Source: Microthyrium microscopicum (Eukaryota). Taken from it: 64,000 bases of DNA. The DNA lies in NCBI GenBank assembly GCA_010405405.1, contig MU004242.1:1101769-1165768 (forward strand). Reading direction: 5' to 3'. The notes under the pieces are model-generated. The model searched no databases. It was not told where the DNA came from and worked only from the letters and a program-made list of their open reading frames with translations. The position numbers were made by a program, and so were the translations under genes. The stretch's first letter is position 1; every line of letters starts with the position of its first letter. This document shows, piece by piece, positions 52,114 through 63,282 of the stretch.

Positions 52114-53319
52114 TCAAAGAAGTTTAATATTTACAAACGCTGCCAGATTCTCTTCTGAAATCGCAGCCAAAACTTCTTGCTGCCCACCGGGAGTAAGAGC
52201 ACGCTCCTCTGTCATAAGAGGAGACACCTTTTCTCTAATGAAGTCACATAGAGCCCTTACCTCGCTTACCTCAACATGTCTATTCCGCGGAGCAACAACC
52301 AAGATACTCCCAATCTTAGGGTCATGCCACCAGGGTGACAACCCCTCCCACTTCCCATCCTTTACTGATGTTCGAAGGAGGAGAAGCCGCGCTAAAGGAT
52401 TCTCAAGGTCATGTCGTGCATGATTAGGACTACCACCGCTATCGCTCTTGGGCTTTCCGCCATACGCTTTCGCAACCCACACCCTTTTAAGACGGTCGGG
52501 AATGCTGAATGGGTCGTCACCCTCGAGATTGAACAAGGGATGTGTTTTAGGGACAAGAACAGGAACCATGTCGGGTTGGCCGCTGGCTTGATCGCCGAGA
52601 CAATTGATTCGAACCCCCATTACCTTCGTAGCTCTCTCAGCTAAGATTTTCTTCGCAAGGAAAGCCTCCATTCCAATCCCATCGATCATGCTCCCATAAG
52701 TGTCCCGGTAGTAGCCTAGATAGTCGATGGCATCGCGGTATCCAGTCAAGGTCATGTCCGTAAGAAGACGGGGATCGTACTCATTCCCTACTTTCATTAC
52801 AGCAACGAGAGGGCCCTTCCAAATGAAATCCCCCCACGTATCTCCAATCAGAGTAGGGATAGTTCCGTGAATCGATTGGTTGGTGGTAAGGCCTGGAATA
52901 GGATCGTGATCCAGATACCAAATATTGAGAGTATCTCGATTTGTCTTTCGTCCACGGAGACTATTCCCCCGGACGCAGAGCAGATTGCGGCCAATATATT
53001 GAGGGTGTCCAGGAATATGAAGAATAGAATCGAGTTCAGGGTTGAAATAACCCCGCTCAATATCGTCCTCCTTGCTATCAACCCACACAAGACGAGGTGA
53101 CTGCGTGCTCATAGGAAACAGGATTGCAAGGTAATGCTTTGACGAAGGTCGAGTTGAGAAGTTTGCAGTAGAAAGGTCTTTGAATTTGCGACACAAAAGC
53201 CGATGAGGTCGCCAGTCGGCTTGTTGACACTCAACTGAGCAGTATATAGCAGAGCGGCATGTGACGCAGCGCCGTGCGTTAGCTATCCCACAAATCGTGC
53301 AAAGTAAGGATGCGTCCAT
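52114..53319 (-). CDS. MYND-type zinc finger protein
   Basis: Intact 401-aa ORF beginning CTIC...RCVTCRSAIYCSVECQQADWRPHRLLC (MYND consensus), followed by an uncharacterised domain (WKGPLV.V...DMTL..YR..IDY). Confidence 0.85.
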   Translation of the reverse strand: MDASLLCTICGIANARRCVTCRSAIYCSVECQQADWRPHRLLCRKFKDLSTANFSTRPSSKHYLAILFPMSTQSPRLVWVDSKEDDIERGYFNPELDSILHIPGHPQYIGRNLLCVRGNSLRGRKTNRDTLNIWYLDHDPIPGLTTNQSIHGTIPTLIGDTWGDFIWKGPLVAVMKVGNEYDPRLLTDMTLTGYRDAIDYLGYYRDTYGSMIDGIGMEAFLAKKILAERATKVMGVRINCLGDQASGQPDMVPVLVPKTHPLFNLEGDDPFSIPDRLKRVWVAKAYGGKPKSDSGGSPNHARHDLENPLARLLLLRTSVKDGKWEGLSPWWHDPKIGSILVVAPRNRHVEVSEVRALCDFIREKVSPLMTEERALTPGGQQEVLAAISEENLAAFVNIKLL

Positions 53320-53430
53320 AATTCTAGCATAGAGTCAATTGTTTAAGAGAAAGGACAAAGGCGCCACGGTTAGCTTTATATTGGAATTGAGGAATAGGCG
53401 GTGATGACTAAGGTCTTACTTAAACTTCGT

Positions 53431-53528
53431 GCCCCATGGGGCGTGGATTTCAAAAAGCTAAAAAATTCAATAGTCTTGCAATCTGAATATCTCAAAGTAT
53501 AAGGTTACGCCCCATGGGGCGTGGATTT
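53431..53528. repeat. Two 20-bp direct repeats, each containing the palindrome GCCCCATGGGGC, in a divergent promoter
   Basis: GCCCCATGGGGCGTGGATTT at 53431-53450 and 53509-53528. The second copy extends to the perfect 16-bp palindrome ACGCCCCATGGGGCGT (53507-53522). Confidence 0.9.
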
Positions 53529-53617
53529 AAAAAGTCAAGCAAACCACTAAGTTTCCACTTATAATATATCAAGTTCTCTCACCTGTTCTTAAAATCTTTT
53601 CCTCCTTACCACACATC

Positions 53618-55775
53618 ATGGCCAAGCGGAAGAACCCCTCAAGTCCAAACTTCGAAGCAATCAGCAAAACGAGGTCGACCCGATGAACCCGTCATTCCTC
53701 TGACAGGCGCACAATCAGTCGTTGAACAAGCCCAGCCGTATCTTCTTACCACGGCCAAGTTCCCAATCCATGCTCTCACGCCTGTTTGGAAGGTAGGAAA
53801 CAATCGGCAACTCGATACTAAACATGTTCAGAGTTTATATCGGATATTCAAAGAGCAGCGCCTTCAACGAGAGCTAGGCGAGAACCACCTGCGTATTGCA
53901 TGTTCTCGGGCAGAGGTAGATCGAATGATCGATCACCTCAACTCGGCTAGGACTCTCCACGACTCTCTGAGCCTGCTGCCCGCCTACCCGTCTTTCGATG
54001 ACTGGATGGTGGTGAATGAAGCCAAAGTTGAGATTATGGCTGGGCAGCATCGTGTTGAAGCGTTGAAGCTCTTCTTAAAGCATCTGAGCGGTCGCCCCGG
54101 GGGGGTTTCGCTCGCAGAAGAGCAATCATAGTGGATTTGCGATGTCTACGACATTGGTGAGTAGGTTCATATTTTATATCCATAAGCTAGGCTAATATCC
54201 TCATTGATCGACTACCTGCACGACTCCGCGTCCAGCTTCGTGCAAACCGGCAAGATTCCACATTGCCAGACAGTCACGGGCAGGTGTGGATAGAGCTGGT
54301 GGCCTTGGTGGATGCAGATAAAACCCTCTTCCAAGGAACCAACGGTCCTCTACAAGACGAGATGCTCCAAATGCTTGGCCTAAGTGGCCGAGTTCAATTT
54401 CCAATTCGTCGACTTGTGACATTGTGGAAGAATAATCGCTGGCAACGGATGACTACAAGGTGGTGTCAAACTTCACTTGGTCGAGCTACTTTCAATGTTT
54501 CATTGCGGGAAGAGATGGCAAGATGCCGAATCGATGATGTAAGTAGGCCAGGCTAAGATGGTAATTCATATGCTAAGAAATAGTTCTGGTTTATTACATT
54601 CCATGCCGTTCTTGCGACAATGTCACAGCTAGTGGGAGACGATTTAAAAGCTATTCAACTCGCCGACTGGAATTTGCTTGTCCAGCTGCCATTGGAACGG
54701 TCTGCTACTGATTTTCAGAGGACATTCTATCCGGATGCACCAGTCGACGTGCTCATTAATAGCTCGTCATCCCGGCGACCGAACTTCCTCCCAAAGCTTG
54801 ATCATGCAGCTTATCATAGGGTGTATGAAATCATTGTATCAAGCACTCACCTCTGTTTTCCTGATATTCAAAGAATCCTTCGGGTCGGCCGAGCACAAGG
54901 GAAGACGGTGTCCTCTCTCATGAATCACGTAGTGCAATGGCTTAACCCTGTGCCAAACTCTGGTGACAAGCTTCAGCTATGGCAAGGACTTCTCCCAGAA
55001 TCTCTTGAGAATAATGACAGAGAAGCACGCATCTTACAGTCGGAGATCTTTAATGTTGTTCGTGACAGGACTGATGAGCTGACTAGCACCCTTCTCACCC
55101 AATTGCCCAAAGATGCAAAGGATTCTTACCTGGACCGGTTCTCAATTGCCCATCTGGAGAGATATCTTGATTGCAGTTCACAAGGCGATTGGTCCTCGCT
55201 TCCACGGTGTACTTGGCCAGTTTAACACCCAAGACCCAGCTGGTCTCCCGTCACAAAGGCAATCGACATTTATCCAAGCCTTTTGCGATGCCATCAGTCA
55301 CATCCCTCACGTGGCTCGCAACCCCGCATTGCGCAGCTCCCTAGCCTTGAAAGCTCTTATACACGAAATATCCCCAGCAATCACAGCTTGGGTGGTACAG
55401 CATTGTGACACAGCACTTCGAGAGCAAATCCTTGGCCGTACACCATCATGTCCACCCAGCGTTCGGGAATTGGTCAAATGTCAACTGGGTGAGCTTGAAG
55501 GGACGGTCTCATCTTTCAGCCACGTGAAGGAGCCGACTTCTTTATCTGCTGTGCCAATTATCAGGCCAGAGTCCCGGCAGAGCGAGAGGTATGATGTTGA
55601 AGGTGCAGTTGAGGATATAGTAGAGGACATGCTGCAAGATGTGCCAACAAGGAGTGCAAATGCGGTTCTACCTCCAGGAGCCGTAGCACTACATTCACAT
55701 TTTGCGAGCATTCCGACCTCAGGTCTTCCCGCAGATTCTAGGCTCATTTGCATGCGTGTTTGGACTTGCCACTAA
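53618..55775 (+). pseudogene. Disrupted ParB/Srx-like-domain gene (reminiscent of the DUF3723-protein N-terminus)
   Basis: Conceptual translation NRQLDTKHVQSLYRIF...LQR...NHL...IMAGQHRVEALK...S*WICDVYD...LRANR...DSHGQVW. There is a frameshift near the ATG, TAG at 54129-54131, a damaged acceptor and a further frameshift near 55150. Confidence 0.65.
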
Positions 55776-57470
55776 TGAGATGCTCGTTCGATTCCGCGCC
55801 CAAGGTTCTACCGGACTGGGCATTGCTCTGGCTGAAGGCGTAGCAGCACTTGATCGGCTAGGCCATTACTGCTTTACTGGCTCGCCTCTGGTGCTTATGA
55901 GCTCTGTTCTGAAGCCCCTACAAACAATGGATAGTCTACAACGAGGTGGTTGGCCGTTCATTGACCCTGGCATTCTCGACCTCCGACAAGGGGAAGGCAC
56001 ACTGGATATTGCAAATTGGCCTCGGGCTAAGGACGGACGACCCATCTTTATGCATGTAGCTTCACTTGCATTTCACTATGGACCGGAGATTGCAGAAAGT
56101 CGTCACAGCCTTGTCTGGTTCCGTGACCTAGGTGGAAAGTCTATCAGTGGTCCAGCTAGTGCCACACGTTTCCTTGAGGATTTATTCCGCGACCTGTGGA
56201 TTCCGCAAATGGTTGAATTTATCAGTCACCAACTTCGCCGACATGCAAGCAGAGATCAGGATTTGTCTCTGCAGCTATTGCAGGAACAGCGGACTCTCAT
56301 TGAGACGTGGTCTCATTCCCCCCACCCTTTCACTTGGAGGTAAAGCCTGACTGTTTCTGCCTCTTTATAGTAAGGTTGACTAATGTTATATATTCTTATC
56401 GTAGCAACTACAAACCTATCTGGTCCCTTACAAATCCTGTATCGACTGTGGTTTCGGAAACGACTAAGTCTCGTCAAGACTTTGCCCATAAGCTCTACCA
56501 GAAGTGCATGCAGAACGATGGGCCTGGTCGGCATGCACTGTCATCACTTCACTCTACCTGGTTTGCAGTCCTCCATGCTGTGTTCAATTTTACCGATACT
56601 GGGCGGGTTACAGAAGAACACTGGCTCGATGGAGTTGCTGCAGCGCTAGCAGGTCATTAGATCGAATGCATGCCAGGCTCTTACTGTTCACGCATCACTT
56701 CCCGGCGCATGGTACGACTGGTGGGCCACATTGCACCCATTCGTGCTATAGCTGCACGGCCTGGAAGCTCAAAACGGGCAGCCATCGAAGTAGAAAGTCG
56801 AGCAGGGCGAGCCATTAAAAGGCAAGCAATTGATTTTGGATACGAGATTCCATTTACCTGTATTCCCAGCATAGTGGAAGATGGGTTCCGGGCTCAAGAA
56901 AAGATCTTTGCCAAAGGCAACCAAAAGATCCTAGAGCACTACCACGTTGCTCGGAATTGCTTGGAACGAAGCCTTGGGGATCCCCTTTGCGATGTTCTGC
57001 TGATGCTTGTCTTGACTTTTAGCTCTTCGTCGGTAACACCTAGGGTTGCGGCGCAGAGCAAGCACTTCAAAGCCGGCCCTCGTAAAGATCCTAGGATTTT
57101 TGCGGCAAGTATGGTGACACGGATGCTGTGGTTCCTTCACCCGGAAGCATTCCCTTCGGAGCAAGATGACGGAATGGTGCTTCGAGTGCCAGAAATGACA
57201 AAGAAGATTGAGCACAAAGGTGTTAACAACCGGCTGCTCCGTGAAATGGGATGGGTGGAAGACCACGGTAAGCGTGAGAACCCCCGTAACAGTGACCTCA
57301 GCTTGCGGGCGGTCGATGAGCTTCTGAAGATTCGTACAGAACTGCTGTCCCTCCGAAGGGATCCAGCAGGGTTTGTTGCGCAGGTGTTTCGTAGTCACGA
57401 CTCGGTCTGGCTTGAGCGGTGCTCAATGATCCTTTGGGATCAGAGCCCGGGTGCAACAAGGGTCAGGTAA
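55702..57470 (+). pseudogene. 5'-truncated, stop-disrupted remnant of a large fungal hypothetical protein
   Basis: Protein-like blocks LDRLGHYCFTG, GGWPFIDP, HVASLAFHYG and TRMLWFL.P..FP...EMTKKIEHKG. Intron at ~56340-56394. An in-frame TAG at 56658-56660 separates ORFs 56307-56660 and 56670-57470. Confidence 0.6.
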
Positions 57471-57698
57471 TAGTAGCAGAGGGTCAATGATGGAGCTTGG
57501 AGGAGGTGTTCCCGAAGTAGTAGCATAAGGAGCTCTAGACAAGAGAGGTTAAATATCTATAACCACCACCAATCTTGCTGCTGCATGCCTAGAAAGAATT
57601 TGTAAGAGTGTGTATTGCAGGTCAAAGTATACTGTCACCACCCCGGACGAGGTTTTGAAGGTTGTGGGTGTAAAAGGAAGCAGTTCTTATAGAGGTTT

Positions 57699-57755
57699 CA
57701 CTACAGGGAAGGTGTTTTGTAGGCTTCGCACTACAGGGAAGGTGTTTTGTAGGCT
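57699..57755. repeat. 27-bp direct repeat, 30-bp period, 2 copies
   Basis: CACTACAGGGAAGGTGTTTTGTAGGCT at 57699-57725 and 57729-57755. Confidence 0.9.
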
Positions 57756-58153
57756 GTTCACAACGACTGGGTGTTTCGAGTGTGGTTGGGAACCCCGAGG
57801 GCCTGTGGCCTATCGCTCGACGAGGTGAATTTGAATCTGGATAGGCAAATGAAGTTTATATAGAGTATCAGGCTGAAATAGGAATGTGGCGCCCGCACGT
57901 ACCACAGGTTAATTGGACGACATATGACATAGTTCCAAGTAGAGTTTAAGCTCAAATCATGCATGAAATAGCTTTAACACATACCGAAGCAACAACAAAC
58001 GATAAGACTGATAAGCCGAGAGTCAGAAGAGAACAACAATCCATTGAAACCGCCCGGCTATTGTTTCACAGATGATAGAAAACATTCCCAAAAACGGCAT
58101 AGGATTACTAATAATTACAACATGCCCAGAACATAGGTCGGCCACACAGCATT

Positions 58154-58420
58154 ATGAACGAAGTAGTATCGAAAGAGTTATAGGAATGTACAGCATAGCG
58201 AGAACAAGGCTTTGTGGTAGACTCGGAGGAAGATTCGGATGAAGATTCCAATGAAGATTCAAGTAATATGAGTGGATTCATAGTACCAGACGACGTAGGT
58301 GTAGATTTAGAAAGTGAGGGAGATGAAGAAATACCGGACGCGCGGCATGCGAGCATGAATGACAAGTCCCGGAAACCGTCCACCATCGACGGCTGCCCAT
58401 ATGAACGTCATGAGGGCTAG
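58154..58420 (+). pseudogene. Lightly RIP-damaged acidic coding fragment
   Basis: MNEVVSKEL*ECTA*REQGFVVDSEEDSDEDS...SGFIVPDD; both internal stops are TAG, consistent with CAG>TAG. Confidence 0.4.
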
Positions 58421-59869
58421 CACTCGTAGAGAGTCCCAGCGAAGGAGAGGAAGGGCGGTGGTTAGTTAACGTGGCCGCGTTTGTATTAGGTATGCCCGAC
58501 GTGGAAGCGTGAAAGGGAGCGCCGATTTCATTGCGCGGAACCATACTCAACAGCCCATATTATGTTCCCAGCAAGAGCGGTGGTTTTCACAGGATTAGAG
58601 CGCAGTGAGCGGACACTGATGCCGAGCCAAGACGCAATTAAACACATATAGCAAAATGTCCCGGCGAATTTGGTAGTTGGATATCACCGCACATAGTCAG
58701 CCGAAGTCCATACCAGTCATGCCCGGCGCGGGAGCGCAAACAGACGCCCCAAGTCCATTGCGTGCGCCCAAAGTCCACAAGTTAGAGGCCAGATGGCAAA
58801 TTACAGAACGGCCCAAGTAAAAACATGGATAGGGCCGAGGTATGTTTCACCATGCAAGCGCAAGCATGGCCACGACATACACAGCAACTGCACCGGTGAG
58901 GACATGGAAGGGTCGCGTCCATATCGTGGATGGCCGGCGCGGGAGCGCAAACAGGCAACCAGAGTGGAGTGCGCACAAGCATGAAAGCATGGGGGGTGGG
59001 CATGGCAACTGCGGCACCCCATCACGATGGAGGCCAGAGCCAGACCATTTGGACCGCCCGTAGGTTTCCGAAACGCACGTTGCGTCCAGGGATCGGTTGA
59101 AGTCCATAACAGCGGCGGCAGTGAGGAAGCGCATGTATTTGGCGCGGTTCCAGAGGCACAACCTGTGCGTAGGCGGGAGGCAAATTGTAAGGGGCATAGT
59201 GATAATCGATGCGCAGTAGCGGCGCAACAGTGTACGAGCGACAGAGCAGAAAGAAAAGTTCGCGATAGATATGGTGTATAAAAAGCGCGGCAAGTAAGCA
59301 GTAAGGGGATACGCGGTGTGCAAGTAGGAAGCAGAAATCAGCAAGTAATACGGAAAAATAGTAACGAAGGTCAAGACGCAGGGTAAGGGGAAGCAGATTG
59401 ATGGTGGAAAACGATGGTGAAGTAGCGAGTGATGTAGAAAATGCGCGACGGATGAGATGCACGGTAAGCGGGCGGGAAGCAGATTGAAGTTGGCAGCAAA
59501 CAATATGCAGCGTATAAGCAAGAAGTAGATTAAGAAAATAGTAATAGAGTTAGTAGTTAATTATACACATAGTGTGCAGTTTAAATTATTATTTTATTAG
59601 AGAAGAGGGTAGGAGATAGTTTAAGTATAATTACTAATAACTAACTTATTATTATTCTATTATAAAAATATTTAACTTAGTATATAACTTATATAGACTA
59701 ACTTTAAACCTTATATACTTTATAATAAATTAAATAAATCTTAGGTTAACTTTATTTTTAACTAATTAAATAATTTATTAAATACTAACGTACTAGCTAT
59801 ATATATAGCTTTATAATACATAATATTAAGTTATACTTTAAGCCTACTTACTTCTAAATATATATTACT

Positions 59870-60510
59870 CTTATTATAGTATATATATTCTACTATATTT
59901 AGGTATAAAACTATTTATAATTTAGCTCTAATATTTCTTTATAGCTATATTATATATACTCTAATACTTATAAATATAAAGCTATTTTTAAATTAGCTAT
60001 ACCTAATATTCTATAATAGCTATAGTATATATATTTAACTACTTATAAATATAAAACTATTTATAATTTAGCTATAATAACTTCTAATAGCTATAGTATA
60101 TATACTTTACTACTTATAGATATAAAACTATTTATAAATTAGCTATAATATTCTATAATAGCTATAGTATATATACTTAACTATTTTTAGATATAAAACT
60201 ATTTTATTTAACTATAGTATTTTACTATAGCTATAGTATATATACTCTATAATATATAGATATAAAACTATTTATAATTTAGCTATAATAACCCTTAATA
60301 GCTATAATATATATATTCTACTATATATAAATATAAAACTATTTCTAATTTAACTATAGTATTTTATAATAGCTATAGTATATATACTCTATTATATATA
60401 GATATAAAACTATTTATAATTTACTTATTATATACTATAATAGCTATAGTATATATACTTTATTATTATATATATAAAACTTTTTTAAAATTCTTTTATA
60501 ATTTAGCTAT
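59870..60510. repeat. ~71-bp tandem array, ~9 diverged copies
   Basis: The anchor TATAAAACTATTT (or a close variant) recurs at 59904, 59975, 60050, 60121, 60192, 60261, 60332, 60403 and 60473. Confidence 0.9.
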
Positions 60511-62555
60511 AACTTATTAATCTATATTTAGTATATACTTTATAGATTATACTAATAAATAATTAAGACTATAATCTATTTTTAGATAATAGTATAAATT
60601 TTATTATAAATTAACTTTAATTATTATATTACTAATCTTTATATTAATAATTATTAAGAAAGTAGTAGCTATTTATAAATTAGCTTAGTTCTTTAATTCT
60701 AATAATATATATACTTTAATAGGTATAAAGTTAATTATTTAAAGTATTTACTAAAGCTAATAAGTAGTAGTATATAGAATAAGAGATTTACTACTAAGAT
60801 AGTAAGTTATTTTCTAGTTCTAGGTACTTATTAAATAAGTTCTACTTTTAAATAGGGCTAATATCTTCTAAATAAAGTAGTTCTTACTATTAATTTATAA
60901 AATATAGAAAAACTAGCTTAACTAAAAGAGACTTATAACTAAAAGATTACTAATATAATAAATACCTAGTTTAGTAATAATAAAAAGCTTAAGGCTATAG
61001 ATATAAAACTATATTTAGAGAATCTATAAGCTAAACGTATATTAGATAATTTATAAAGTAATAATATAGTAGAGACTACTAAAGAGTAATAGGCTTATAT
61101 TTTATAAAAGAAGGCTACTTATACTATTAATTATTACTATAGTAAAGAAAGTATATTAGTAAAAGAAAGAAGTATATAATTATTTTACTTTTAAAATATT
61201 ACTTTAAGAGATAATAAAATTAGTATAGAAGCCTATAAAATAAGGTAAAAATAGAAAAGTAGCTATAAATTCTTTAATCTAATATTTTAAATATTACTTT
61301 AAAACTACTTACTTTATTAGTTAGATTTTATATATCTAAGATATATAAAAAGTATTTATTACTTTATTTCCTTAATTACTAATAAATATACTTTATTAAA
61401 TTACCTAATTTTTACTTCTATTCTCTTTTTATTATATAGTTACTTTTTAGTATCTATAATATTAAATCTCTTTTATATCTACTTCTTACTTATTCTTTAT
61501 AATCTTTACTACGTCTTCTTAGATATATTAAAAAAGATTTATAAAATATATACTTACTTTTCTTTACTATTTTTATTACTACTTTCTTAGTAACTTTTAC
61601 TTTAATACTTAATAAAGATTATAGAAGTATATATCTAGTTATAACTTAGAGAATAAACTCTTAAGCTAAGTAAGCTAATATTATTTATAGCTTATAGTTT
61701 AATAAAGCTATAAAGTTATTAGTACTTTATTATAATACTTAACTATATTTATAGATTATAATATAAGAATAGGTATTATATTCTAAATTATAGCCTACTA
61801 TCTAAAATCTTATATATTTATATTAAAATATAAGTACTTAATAGTAAGAAAACCTAAATTATATTAGAAAAGATTAAAATAGAAATAATTTAGAATTATA
61901 TTAGTACTAAAGAACTTTAAGTTATCTAAGTAACTTCTTATTATAATACTAGCTTATTTAATAGTAAAGAGTAATCTATTAATTTATTAATTACTAAGTC
62001 TATATCTAAACTATATATAATTATAAAGGTCTAATCTATATAGCTCTTACTTTTAATATATATAGATAATCTAAAAATAAATATAATAACTTCTAATTAT
62101 TTTATATTATTATCTAATACTATTTAATTATATTTTTACTTTACTTATAGCTATCTTATTCTTAACCTACTACCTAAAATCCTATATATATTAATATAAT
62201 AAAAGAAAAATAATAAAGTATAAAAGGTAATTTTTAGAATTAAATACTAAGTAGATAACCTTTCTAGATTACTTTAGTAAGTAAGATATAATAGCTAATA
62301 CTATTAAAGGATATTAGGAATATAATTATACTAATACTATATTTATTATATTTTTATAATATATATACTTTAGCGTTTCTATATAATAGAAACTATTATA
62401 TCTTTTAGTATATACTTATCTACCTAGGTATATTATTTAGGTTTATAATAAGATTAAAATACTTTTATATAAGTAAAGAATTATTTATATATTATTTAAA
62501 TACTTAACTAATACTTAAATATTTCTTCTCCTTCTTTTAAAGAAACCTTTTAATA

Positions 62556-63282
62556 GAGACTTTCTAAACGGCCCCTAGCTTCCAGCTAATCTGCTTATAG
62601 TTTCTAGCTAATCTGCTCCTATAGTATCTAAAGCTAAGATCTTAGAGTATAGTACCCTAACGCTAATTAAAAGTAGACTAGTCTTATCTACATTAAGCTT
62701 AGTCTAAGCTATATTACAGTAAAGTTAGCTACTAGCGTTAAGACCTACGTAATAATTCCTTAACGTTATTACAACAGAATTCCTCCAAAACTACACCCTT
62801 TAGCTCGATTAACACTATAATACAGAGGGCGCGAAGGGCGCGGATCTCGTAGAAGACGTTAATAAGGAGAAGAGCTCGTAGTAAGTAATTACAATACGGG
62901 GTTAGGATAGGATGTAGAATACTTAATTTATTACTACCGTATACTAAAAACGGGGTCGAGATACGTTGCTAAATAATTGTTTTATACTTTAAAAACAGTA
63001 AAGAGATATTATACAGTTAGGATTCTATAGATCTTATAGTTTTACGCCCAAAATTATAGAATCCTTAGGATTGTAGCTTTAAAGCTACTAGTGTAGTTTT
63101 ATCTTAGATCTTTGGATACTAAAGTTATACTCTAGTACTATTGTAATACTATGAATTTCTTTATTACGAACTTTCTATTTAGGAATAGCTTTAGAATATC
63201 TTAGCTTTAGATACTATAGGAGCAAATTAGCTGGAAGTAAAGGGTAGATTAGCTAGAAAGTAGAGGCTATTTAGTAAGTCTC
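62556..63282. mobile_element. Non-autonomous Mutator-like (MULE) element, 727 bp, with 85-bp TIRs and 9-bp TSD
   Basis: TIRs at 62556-62640 and 63198-63282 (GAGACTT...GCTCCTATAGTATCTAAAGCTAAGAT). CTTTTAATA is duplicated at 62547-62555 and 63283-63291. Confidence 0.88.

Noticed and set aside
51755..57790. Possible terminal inverted repeats bounding the MYND/ParB-like block
   Set aside because: Only patchy similarity (CACACT...CACCC...GTTGT) and no TSD, so element ends cannot be defined.
58847..59521. 224-aa hydrophobic minus-strand ORF
   Set aside because: Largely a product of pyrimidine skew, with a non-ATG start and no recognisable domain.
59870..60510. CRISPR-like interpretation of the conserved/variable array
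   Set aside because: Eukaryotic context and no cas genes; the variable parts are short and related to each other rather than unique spacers.
60520..62540. Attempt to read a transposase, reverse transcriptase or Starship captain in the RIPed DNA
   Set aside because: Too mutated to translate by eye; no motif recovered.
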